From the human T2T-CHM13v2.0 reference genome, Homo sapiens, in the NCBI RefSeq assembly GCF_009914755.1, contig NC_060941.1: a DNA stretch of 64,000 nt; one strand, written 5' to 3'. Positions 48,881 through 64,000 of this stretch are shown here, piece by piece. Under the pieces are notes generated by a model. That model made no database searches and was not told the DNA's origin. It worked only from the letters and a program-made list of their open reading frames with translations. Position 1 is the stretch's first letter. Every line of letters begins with the position of its first letter. The position numbers and the translations under genes are program-made.

Positions 48881-49081
48881 GATTCAAGAATTGCTGGAAG
48901 AGCCCACTGCAGTCTTCCAAAAGATGTGACAGCTATTATTCAAACTTCCAGAAAGAGAACAGTGAAAATAGAAGAAAAGACACTACGAAATGTTTTTTAA
49001 AAAGGAAAAACTTAACTTCTCATAGCTGATGAATATGAATTTTCAGATAGGAAGGGCGCACTGAGAACCCAGCCATAGTGA

Positions 49082-51790
<2,709 letters not shown>

Positions 51791-51914
51791 TATTCCATTC
51801 CTCAAACATCTGGTGCTCCCTGACGGTCTATTCATGCTTAAAACTGAGGCAGGCCAGGAGCAGTGGTGCACGTCTGTAATCCTAGCACTTTGGGAGGCCG
51901 AGGAGAGTAAATCA

Positions 51915-52106
<192 letters not shown>

Positions 52107-55100
52107 CTAGGCGACACAGTGAGACTTTGTCTCAAAAAAAACAAAAAACAAAAAACAAAAATTAGCTGGGCGTGGTGGCGCGTGCCTGTAGTCCCAGCTA
52201 CTCAGGAGGCTGAGGCAAGAGAATCGCTTGAACCCGGGAGGTGGAGGTTGCAGACGACATGCATGAGCCACCAACCACCATGTCTAGCCTGAAATTACCA
52301 TTGATGTAATCTAAATGATGGTCTTTGCTATGTTAGTCAAAGGTGAGCTCTCTGGAATTGATTTTTTTAATCCTTTAACCTAATTATTAGGTTCACTGCC
52401 CACACAAGTATAGAGGAAGAAAATAGCTAAGTAAATAAATATTTAAACCAAAAATGTGGCCACAAGCCCTGTTAAAATTATTCCAAATTGCATTTTACCT
52501 AAATTGTTAGAAAAGAATTCAAATATTTAACATTTTGACTAGAGTTTTAAAACTCCAATTCATGTTACTAAATATCTCCTACACTATGGGTGGAGTGTGT
52601 TTTTGTCTGTTTTAAATTCCAATTTAAGTTGCATTCTAGCCTCTTTCCATTATTTATCTGTGGCATGCTCATTCCCCATTACCTTTGAGTGTTTGCTGAG
52701 TGGTTAGCTCTGTATATTCATGGCATTATCCTAAAACGGAGAAACATGTTAACACTGACAGAGCTGTCATTAAGATCATTAAGAGTAACAGACAGGGCCA
52801 GCCGCGGTTGGGCATGCCTGTAATCCCAGCACTTTGGGAGGCTGAGGCAGGCGGATCACGAGGTCAGGAGATCAAGACCATCCTGGCCAACATGGCGAAA
52901 TCCCATCTCTACTAAAAAAAAAAAAAAAAAAAAAAAAAAACAAAAAATTAGCTGGGTATGGTGGCACATACCTGTAAATCCCAGCTACTCAGGAGGCTGA
53001 GGCATGAGAATCACCTGAACCCAGGAGGCAGAGGTTGCAGTGAGCTGAGATTGTGCCACTGCACTCCAGCATGGCGACAGGGCAAGACTCTGTCTCAAAA
53101 AAAAAAAAAAAAATTATATATATATATATAAATATATATATATATAAAATAGGCCAGTGGCCCACACCTGTAATCCCAGCACTTTGGGAGGCTGAGGTGG
53201 GTGTATTACCTGAGGTCAGGAATTCAAGACCAGCTTCACCAACATAGTGAAATTCTGTCTCTATTTAAAAAACGCAAAAATTAGCTCGGTGTGGTGGCAC
53301 ACGCCTGTAATCCCAGCTACTTGGGAGGCTGAGGCAGGAGAATCCCTTAAACCCAGGAGGGTTTGAGACTACATCTCAAAAAAAAAAAAAAAAAAAAAAA
53401 AGAGGAATAATAGACAATACAACTTTGGTTAAATTGTCTCCAAATAGCTGATGGCTCATACATGTGATCTAGCACATTGGGAGGCCAAGGCAGGAGGACT
53501 GCTTGAAGCCAAGGGCTCAAGACCAGCCTAGGCAACAAAAGTGAGACCCATGTCTACAAAAAATACAAAAATCAGCCAGGCACGGTGACACATGCCCATA
53601 ATCCTAGCTACTTGGGAGGCTGAGGCAGGAGGATCACCTGAGTCCAGGAGTTCGAGGTTGCAGCGAGCTATGATCATGCCACTGCACTCCAGCCTGGGTG
53701 ACAGAGTGAGGCATTGTCTCAAAATAATAATAATAATAAATAATAATAATAATTTCAGATTGGTGTGAGTAAGCACAGCACTGAACACAAAGCTCTCCAT
53801 GGCCCAGACCTTGCCTAACTCCCCAATCTCCACCTGCCAGTCCCTGTCATCTCCTGCCTTCCTGCCTTGAACTCCAAGTTTCAACAACACTAAAGCTACC
53901 TGCGGTTTCCCAACTGCCAGAATGTTTTATGATTTTCACACTTGTATATGTTGTTCTCTCTGCCTAAAATGGCAAACTCAAGACCTAATTTAAGAATCAC
54001 TTTCTTCCCACCACTGAACCATGTATACCTGTCTCAATATACTCTTTTCTCTACTAAATTGAACTACTTGTGGGTAGTAGCCTCGGCTATTAATCTTGGT
54101 ATATACTCAAGGGCATTCAATAAGTGTTTGACTTGTCTTGGAAAGATAAATGTTGTTGGAAAAAGTGGTGTGTTACAAAGTTCTTTCTGTCTTAAAAAAA
54201 AAAAAAAAAAGACAGACTGGGCATGGTGGCTCATGCCTGTAATCTCAGAAATTTAGAAGGCTGAGGTGGGAGGATTGCTTGAGGCCAGGGGTTAGAGACC
54301 AGCCTGGGCAACATGGCGAGACCTTGTCTCTAATATACTTAAACAGTCAAATTAAAAAGAAATCATAAACGATCTCCCAAATGTAAACAAGGAAATGTGA
54401 TTATGATTTTTTACTCTGTTTTATTTTTATTCACAATAAACAAATGCATCAATAACTTAAATCTCAAAAATATGTTTTCAACAGATTACAAGTTTAGTCC
54501 TCCCATTACTATCTTAGAAACATAATTCTGGACAACAGGAACTAGTTTTCTGTGTCTGGAACAATTCCTGGTAATTTTAAGCCCTTCACACACAAAAATC
54601 AAAGGACCAGATGGGATTTTAGAGTATTTTCCAATCCATATTCCTATCATAAAGCCTAGTAACTGAAGTCACAAATACAAGCAAGGTAATTATCTGATTT
54701 TAGAAGGCTTCCACAGAATTCACAGAAATGTAATCCCCTACTGATTCAACTGAGGTCAAACTCAACACTAGTTCACACAGGACAGCAAAACACCATCATT
54801 ACCACTTGTGTCTGTACAGTAAGGAGTGACCTAATACAAAAGCAAGGTTTGTGGGGCAAAAAGGACACACAGGGACCTTGTGGCATGGGCCCAGCTGCTC
54901 CTGCTCACCTTGCTCTCTGCCCACTTGGCTTCTCTGGGCCTCAGATAAATCCCCTTATAAAATAAGAGTCCTATGATGCTATGTTCTTTTTCACTTTAAA
55001 CTTTTTTCAATTTTTTCTGAGACAGGGTTCTTGCTCTTTCACCCAGGCTGGAGTGCAGTGGCGTGAACACAGCTCACTACAGCCTTGAACTCCCACCTCA

Positions 55101-55339
55101 GCTTCTGGAGCAGTCAGGACTACAGGCATGTGCTGCCACGCCCAGCTAATTTTAATTTTTTTTTTGGTAGAGATGGGGTCTTGCTCTATTGAACAGGCTG
55201 GTCTCAAACTCCTGGCCTCAAGCGATCCTCCCACCTTAGCCTCCCAAGTGCTGGGATTTCAGGCATCAGCCACTATGCCTGACCTAAAGTCAAACTTTTA
55301 AAAGGTACAATATATTGTGTACCTGTTACACTTCCTTCC

Positions 55340-55480
55340 TGTATTAAAGGCAACCCTTCCCAGAGATAGTACTTTTATTTTACAGATGAACAAACCAGAG
55401 CTCAAAGAGGTCAGATGTCTTGACCACAAACAGCTAATAAAAAGAAAAAGTGCAATTCAATTCAAATTCCAGTCTGTGTT
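55340..55480 (-). mobile_element. MIR fragment
   Basis: attttacagatgaacaaaccagagctcaaagagg...ttcaaattccagtctg. Confidence 0.55.
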
Positions 55481-57854
55481 GTTCTCAAAAACATTTTGCG
55501 AACCTGTCTTAAACGAGGACAAGGGAACAAACTAAACTACAGAGTGGCAAAGATCCAAATGCACATCTTTCCTTCAGGCAGTATAAGGACAGAAAAATAG
55601 GACAAGATGGTCTCCTATGCTGTGGGAAAGACAGGGAAATCCTCAGAAAAATGGGTCTAAACACTTGACTCCTAAAAATGTCATCATAAATCCTATCGTC
55701 TCCTTACCAACTAACTGCGTAATTTATCAGGAAACACTACTTCCTTCATCTATCTAGACTTATCATATTACAAAGGTACCAAGTTATCTACTTGCAAAAA
55801 TACCAAATATGGTATGAGGGAAATACTCATACACAGAGTCTGAGGAGCCATCCTTAAAAATTATGGAGTGGGGAGACGGTGATGCATGCAGGGCATTAAA
55901 CTCCCCACCAAACTAGGGGGAAAAAGCTTCCCAATTTACTAAGTTTTAATATCCCTGAAAACATTAGGATTTCATGAGCAAAATATATTACGCTCATTAC
56001 ATGTCCATTACTAACTGAGCAACTCTATTAAAATGAGAGATGAGAGGATTGCTTGAGGCCAGGAGTTCGAGACCAGTCTGTGTCTTTATTAAAAAAAAAA
56101 AAGGGATTATTAAAATAATATTCATTTCTTGTCATACTTGGTATTTTTTCAGATTTTTTCCCTCATGTTTAATGCAACCACTAGGCTCTCCAATACAAGG
56201 AAAGTATGTAAAGCACTGCTTGTATTCCTGGTTAAGTGTCAGAACCACATACATTGTGCCATAATAATCCTAAGAGTACCCACTGGCATTCCTGAAGCAC
56301 TTCAGCTAGTGACACCATTCATCACCCTCAGGCCCAGTTTTAGAGATGAGAAAAATAAAGAAGGGCCACTAGCCTCTCCAGGACACAGATACGTAGGTCC
56401 TACAGGTCCTCAAAGGGGAGAGCCCCATATCTCAGTCTTTTTATTAATCATCATCACCTCCGCCATGTCTTTGTAGACATTTTTTCCTTAATTACCACTT
56501 CTCATGAAATTCTGATACCACAGATGAAAATACACATATATTTATGTACTGTACTGTTTATCTGTGCTTTATGCATGAAGAGTTGAGTTTTGTTTTTTCA
56601 CCCTCCAAGAACCAAATTTCAATCCTTTGAGGGAAAAATCAAGACCTAGCTCATTCACTCCACCAAATCACTCAGAACACACGTAAGTCAGAAACTATTA
56701 ACAAGTTGGGAGCCAAAAGATATTTTTTGATGTGTTGGTTTTACCAGTCAGCAATAGATACAAGGGCTTAATAATTTTCACTTTATCCCTGTTCTTAGCA
56801 TTTTTATTGCTGGGTGTTAAACAGAAACAGAAGTTCTATCTGTTGTAAAGTTTATTCCACTGGCCTCATTAGGTACATGGTTTTTGCCTTACTTTAAAAA
56901 TTCTAAAACTATACATGCTCCCACCCACAATATCATGCTTTTGTATTCAAAATCTAGCCAACTTGCTCTGCTCCTGTGTGGGTACCTAAGTACAATGGTG
57001 TGTGGGCCAATCTTAAAAAGGGCAGAACAGCCCCCCACCTCCAGCCAAGCTCACCCAATTACTAATATGACAAATACTGACAGCCAAATAAAGTACTACA
57101 GTTAAATACTAAAGGCTTTCCCATTTTGGGGGTAGAGGAAGGAAGAGGGCTAAGCCTAGGGAATGGAAAGGAAAAAAATTATGACTGCTTGAGGTGGGTA
57201 ATAAAAGGAGACAGAAGGGAGAGTAAGTGCTCTAGGTGCCCAGCAGAAAGTATAAAACCCTTTTAAAAGCCCAGCAGACAGTTTGTTCTGGACACCATAT
57301 TTCATAATCTATTCCTGTCACAAAGTATGTGTATCTGTTTGATTTGGGGGAAAGGGAAGGCTATTTTCCATCCCATAGATCTCCTGGTTTCTAATTTTAA
57401 GAGCCAAGAGTCCCATTCTCAAAGATAGGGTAGCACCTCACCTAAACTATCTTCTTTGGTCAATGTGTGCCCTGTACCCACTCATAAATAAGGAACTGCC
57501 AGGTCACAGGTCACCTCTAAAATCAGTTACAGAGGATAGGCTACTTTTACTTCCACACAGTCTCATTTCATTTTCTGCTTCTAAACTTTCTCCATGGAGT
57601 ATCTTTTCTACTCTGGAAAGCTATGTGGATTGTGGTGAGGAGAGTGATAGATACACTGTCTATTATTTCAGGAAACCAAAAGTACAACAAATGCAAGGAA
57701 TGTTATACTCTATTTACAAAATGCTTTACTAAGTCTCACGCTTATTAAATCACAACTCTGAATTTTTGCTGAGCTTAAGAGCAAACTAGCGGGCCGGGCA
57801 TGGTGGCTCACGCCTGTAATCCCAGCACTTTGGGAGGCCGAGGAGGGTGGATCA

Positions 57855-58156
<302 letters not shown>

Positions 58157-58559
58157 TTAGAAAGAGCCAACCTCTGCACAAACTTCATTGCTGCCTGTAT
58201 TCTATTTGGATATGCCCAAATCTCTGCAGCCTAAACCAGCATATCTAACAGCCCAATACATCTCTTTCCCTCTATGTCTCACAAGAACCACAAACTTAAC
58301 CATAACCAAATGGAACTCAGTATGTTCCAAAAAATATTCTATCTCCCATATTACCTTGCCCAATTAATAGTACGCATAGCCACCAAGCTGCCTTGTACAT
58401 TGCCTCTACTAGTGAACTCAAACCAACTGGGCTTAAATCGCCAGCCCATATCCTTCACAGTAGTGGCTGTGGTTTTATTACATACCTATGTAGACACTCA
58501 ACATGTTTGAGAAATGAGTTAGTCTCTCCTTTAGCAAACAGCAGCTTACATTTAGTAAA

Positions 58560-58778
58560 GATTTATTATGTACCAGAATTCATGACAAATTAGGCCATTT
58601 CATCTTCACAACTCTGTAAGGTGTATAGGTACTATAACCATTTTACAGATGAAGAATCTAAGGTCCACCCAGAAAAACCAGATACCTTGCCCAAGGAGAC
58701 AGAGCTTACAAGTGGAAGAGGCAGGATCGGAACCCAGGTCTGACCAATTCCAGAGTCCATGTCTGTAACCACTATGTA
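58560..58778 (-). mobile_element. MIR SINE
   Basis: catcttcacaactctg...ccattttacagatgaagaa...cttgcccaagg...aacccaggtctg...taaccactatg is the MIR core. Confidence 0.7.
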
Positions 58779-61700
58779 AACTTCCCTCCCTGTGTTGTTT
58801 TATACCATCTTTAATGGACCCCCAAAGATCATCGTCCATACTATTTCTGACCAGTACGTCCTGTAATCAGTCATCTGACAGGTTTCTATTAGGGTTGTCT
58901 ATTTTCTGCAGCTGTAGGGGATGGAGGTATTTCAGATTTAAGACTATTATGGACAATGAACTCAGAATAACAGGATTACTCTAAACTGCTTCACAGACAA
59001 GTATCTAGTACCCAATCTAATCTCTCCATTCTATCCAAACATAAAAACCCAGCCAAGCAGAAAAAGGCAGTGTTTTGAGGTCCATTTAGGAAAAAAATCT
59101 ACTAACTACTTATTTACTTAGGTCAATTCTCACAGGGAAAAAGCATCTCTCATTTTTCAGAAGACAGAGCAGTCTGAAAACATCGAAATTGTTTTTATTT
59201 GGTAGTTTTGAGCCTAACACCCAAACTTCTAATGGCAGACCATGAAGAGTAAAATCAAACGAATCTTGTACTGGCCACCTTTATTTTTAGGACATTCTCT
59301 GGCAGTTCTAGTATCAAATGATTGCTATAATGAGAATATGTGAGCTCCACAAGCTGGCAGGTGTCCGACACCAACCCCACTGCAGCTCCATCTGCTGCCC
59401 ACCCAGAGGCTTATGTTTACAGTGGGAAAAGTCCATCAAGGGGGCAGAAACGAATGGCTCATCTTACGCTAGATCTCCTACGGTTAACTTTCTCAAAACA
59501 AAACAAACAAAAAACAAAACCCCGAAACCTCTAAATTAGAACCATTTAAATCTTCCTGGACAGAACTTTATATCCAAGAAATTCTAAATCCTACTTTAAT
59601 GAATTCTACTTTGCTATAAATAATGGTACAGAAAAGTCAGCTATTCTTTTACTCAGAATAAATCAGTTTTGCATTTTTAATAAAAGTGAAACACAGAAGA
59701 CTAGATGGGGACAGGTTATTCTGGTGAGAAGATGACTTAAAAGGTTCACCTTATACAACTGTGGTAGTAATGGATTGCTTGGTTTAACTTGAAAAGGAAC
59801 ATCTGGTACAATCTATACCAAAGCGAAAAAGTTCAAATTAAAGTACAACAAAGAAAAAAGAAAGTACAATGGAACTATGGGGGATAGAAAGAAAATGAGT
59901 GAAAGAAAAAAAACCGCCAGTACAATGAGTCATTAAAAGATAAAATAGAAGTGGTTAGAAACAATTAATAACCAGTGGGTGCCCAGGGGTTGCTCAGGAG
60001 CACCAAAAAGATGAACAGAATGGCTAGAGGAATGGACTCACACTCAGCATGCCCAACCCAACCCATCAGCTGCCCATGTCTCCCTTCTATTGAAATTGCC
60101 CATTTCTACCTGTAGAAATACCATTTTTCACACTATTTCTCCTCTTTCCTCTCTTTCATAGTCGTACCTAATCACATATCAAGTCTTACTCTTCCTTTAA
60201 AACACATGTAAACATAACAAGGATGTTTACCTAAGCATTATTTTAATAGCGGGAGGCAGAAAGGAAACACCCTACAATGTCCAGTAGTAGAACAGTTAAA
60301 TATTTATTTATAGTGCATTCATATAATGAAATACCTTGCAGCCGTTACAAATTTCAGAGCAGAACTTGGAAAAAAAAAATCATGGAGATGCTGAGCTTCA
60401 GCCCTGATCAAATCTTATCTGATCTCTATACTACCTTTCAACGTTTCGATTATGTGAGCCAATACACACATAACTCGACTGTGTAGGCTAGTATAACACA
60501 TTCTGTTAACTGCAAATAACAGTGGCTTAACACAATGGGAAAATGTTTATTTTTCTAAAAGGCAAGTTATATACAGTATGGTCTCTACTTTTAAAATGCC
60601 CAGGACAGGAATAGTGGTTCACACCTGTAATCCCAGCACTTTGGGAGGCTGGCACAGGCAATCATTTGAACCCTTGAACACAGGAGTTTGAGATCAGCTT
60701 CCAAAAAAAAAAAAAAAACGGCCAGCTGCCGTGGCTCACACTGTAATCTCAGCACTTTGGGAGGCTGAGGCGGGCGGATCACTTGAGCCCAGGAATTCAA
60801 AGCCAGCCTGGGCACCTGGGCAACATGGCAAAACCCCATCTCCACAAAAAAACAAACAAAAATTAGCCGGGTGTGGTAGTGCATGCCTGTAGTTTCAGCT
60901 ACTTGGGAGGCTGACGTGGGAGGATCACCTCTGAGCCCAGGAGGTGGAGGTTGCAGTGAGCCATGATCCCATCACTGCACTCCAGCCTGGGTGTCAGAGT
61001 GAGACCCTGGCTCAAAAAACAAGAAAGTAATCCAACAAATTTTTTTTCCCTGAAATAAGCCAATGAAAACGAAAAATACTTCTTAAATCTCTAATAACTA
61101 GATCACCAATAAGCTTAAGGTTCCCAGGTAAAATTTCCTGTGATATATACTAACAAAAACTCAAAAAAGAAAAAAAAGGAAAAATACGTGAGGCTTCAGT
61201 ACATGAGGGTCTTACAATTTAGATGTGGGAATTCTCACTCAAATCTATCATTTATAGGGCCACACTATTCTTACGAGGCACAAATAAAATTAAGGCTTAC
61301 TATAACCAATTCAGAAAGTCTATGGTAATGGGATCTAGTGTTGTCACAAAGGTTATAATCAGACCCACTGCTCTTTTTTTCCCCCTATTCAGGACAGGGT
61401 CTTACTCTGTCACCCAGGCTAAAGTGCTGTAGCGTGATTATGGCTCACTGCAGCCGCGACCTCCCAGACTGAAGCGATCCTCCCACCTCAGCCTCTGGAG
61501 TAGTTGAGACTACAGGTGTGCACCACCACACCCAGCTAATTTTTTAAAAAAACTTTTTGTAGAGGTAAGAGTTTTGCTGTGTTGCTCAGGCTGGTCTTGA
61601 ACTCCTGGGCTCAAGTGATCCTCCCATCTCAGCCTCCCAAAGTGGTGGGATTAGAGGCATGAGCCACTGAGCTGGGCCGTTACCCTCTTTTTAAGGGAGA

Positions 61701-62039
61701 TCATGAGGTAGAAACTGCCTAGAGCAGTAAAGCCTCAGAAGTGACTCATGTTTCTCAAGGTTAAGGCTGCTTCTTGCTGGGAAATATGCATAAAGAAGTT
61801 ACCTTGTGAGAAATGAGTTCAGCCCTTTATTCTTTACTTGATACAGCAGTGGGCAAAGATTCTAAACTATCCACAGTACTTTTAGTCAAACTTTTTCCTA
61901 TGGTTTTAGCATTCAGTATCTTCCTTTCTCCAATTAGATAATTCCTAATTTACTCATTTCTGTTAATGACACCAATATTTCCTCGGCCTCAAAGCCCTGG
62001 AATCCTCTGGCTAAACAGAATGTCTCATCTAATCATTAA

Positions 62040-62432
<393 letters not shown>

Positions 62433-63124
62433 TGAGACAGAGTCTCTCACTCTGTCACCCAGGCTAGAGTGCAGTGATGCGATCTTGGCTCACTGCAAAC
62501 TCCGCCTCCCATGGTCAAGCGATTATCCTGCCTCAGCCTCCTGAGTAGGTGGGATTACAGGCGCCCCCCACCGTGCTCAGCTAATTTTTGTTTGTGTGAG
62601 TGTTCTAAGCAGAGATGGGGTTTCACCAGCTTGGCCAGGCTGATCTCAAACTCTTGACCTCGTGATCCATCCGCCTCAGCCTCCAAAGTGCTGGGATTAT
62701 AGGCGTGACCCACTGCGTCAGGCGTTTGTTTTTTTTTTTGTTGTTTTTTTTTTTAAAGATAGGATCTTGCTCTGTTACTCAGGCTGGAGTGCAGTGGTGA
62801 GATCATAGCTCACTGCAGTCTCAACCTCCCGGCTCAAATGATCCTCCCAGATCCTCCCACCTAAGCCTCCTGAGTAGCAGGGACTACGGGCACATGCAAC
62901 CATGCCCGGCTCATTTTTTTATTTTTATTTTGTAGAAACGGAGTCTCACTGTGTTGCCCAGGCTGGTCTTGAACTCGGCTCAAATGATTCTCCTGCCTCG
63001 GTCTCCCAAAGTGCTGGGATTATAGGTGTGAGCCACTGCACCCAGATAAATATGACTCTTTTCCATTTCCACTAACATACTCCATCAGCTTGCCTGAAAC
63101 AAAACTGCTTCTCATATACTTGCT

Positions 63125-63320
63125 GTTTTAAGTGCTTCCATATTTCAGTTAGTTTAATCCTCACAATATCTAATGAGTCAAGGACCATTATTATCCCCAT
63201 TTTTCCAGTGAGGAAATTGTGACACAAAGAAGTTTAAAAAAAGAACAAAACTTGCCCAACATCATGATCATGGCAAATGGCACAGCCAAAGTTTGAACCC
63301 AGATAAGCTGGCTCCAGCCT
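63125..63320 (-). mobile_element. MIR SINE
   Basis: tttaatcctcacaa...ttattatccccatttt...gaggaaattg...cttgcccaa...tttgaacccag. Confidence 0.7.
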
Positions 63321-63761
63321 AGGTCCTCTGTATCTGGCCTCTCCCCTACTTCAATCCACACTACTCAAAGTCATCCTTCTAAAACACAGCTTTGGTATAT
63401 AAAAAGAACATCTTAGAAATTTAATAATTAATGATTATCCTCATTTTGCATCAACTTACCCCTAGACATTCCTAACCTAGGAGTTCACAATGCGACATAT
63501 CAAAAGTAACGTATTTAAATGATTTTAAGCTGGAACAGGAGTAGCAGCACAATGTTATAGGAAAATTGAAGGTTTCTTTACACCACAGTCCATGAGCCAA
63601 AGATATGAAAATTTAAGAAGGCAAAATATAAGAAGGCATAGTCAACCTTATATTGAGAAAAACTCCCATTTATTCCTTTGCTGCTCTGAGCTCAGCTGTT
63701 AGATCAGAATGTGAGACTGAGACAAGGACTCTGGATGGATGGGTATGAGTTGCACTGGTTA

Positions 63762-63911
<150 letters not shown>

Positions 63912-64000
63912 TTAGCCGGGTGTGGGGGTGCATGCCTGTAGTCCCCAGCTACTCAGGAGGCCGAGACAGGATAATTGCTTGAACCAGAGAGGCAGAGGCT

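Overview
Primate (almost certainly human, GRB2 locus, 17q25.1) genomic DNA that is extremely Alu-dense. The minus strand carries the 3' part of GRB2: four coding exons (26920-27017, 20118-20240, 15880-16048, 14590-14775) encoding residues 27-217 with canonical GT-AG sites, and a ~2.3 kb 3' UTR ending near 12297. The first coding exon and the promoter lie beyond the right edge. Bases 1-~12290 are intergenic, downstream of GRB2. Bases 27018-64000 are one large intron. It contains a full-length, ORF-intact processed RPL36A retrocopy (antisense to GRB2), an ERV1-type solo LTR, DNA-transposon fossils (MER8, MER44, MER1, MER30, MER58), L1/L2/MIR relics and dozens of Alus. Nearly all other ORFs in the track are Alu translations or chance frames. 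I found no evidence of a wholly new biological system. The most interesting observations are: the retrocopy's P54S (cycloheximide-resistance position) and C12S changes; an inverted Alu pair bracketing the skippable SH2 exon; a NAGNAG acceptor; alternative polyadenylation that would remove a miRNA/Pumilio site cluster; and several local rearrangement scars. Repeat family names come from recalled consensus sequences, not from a database search.
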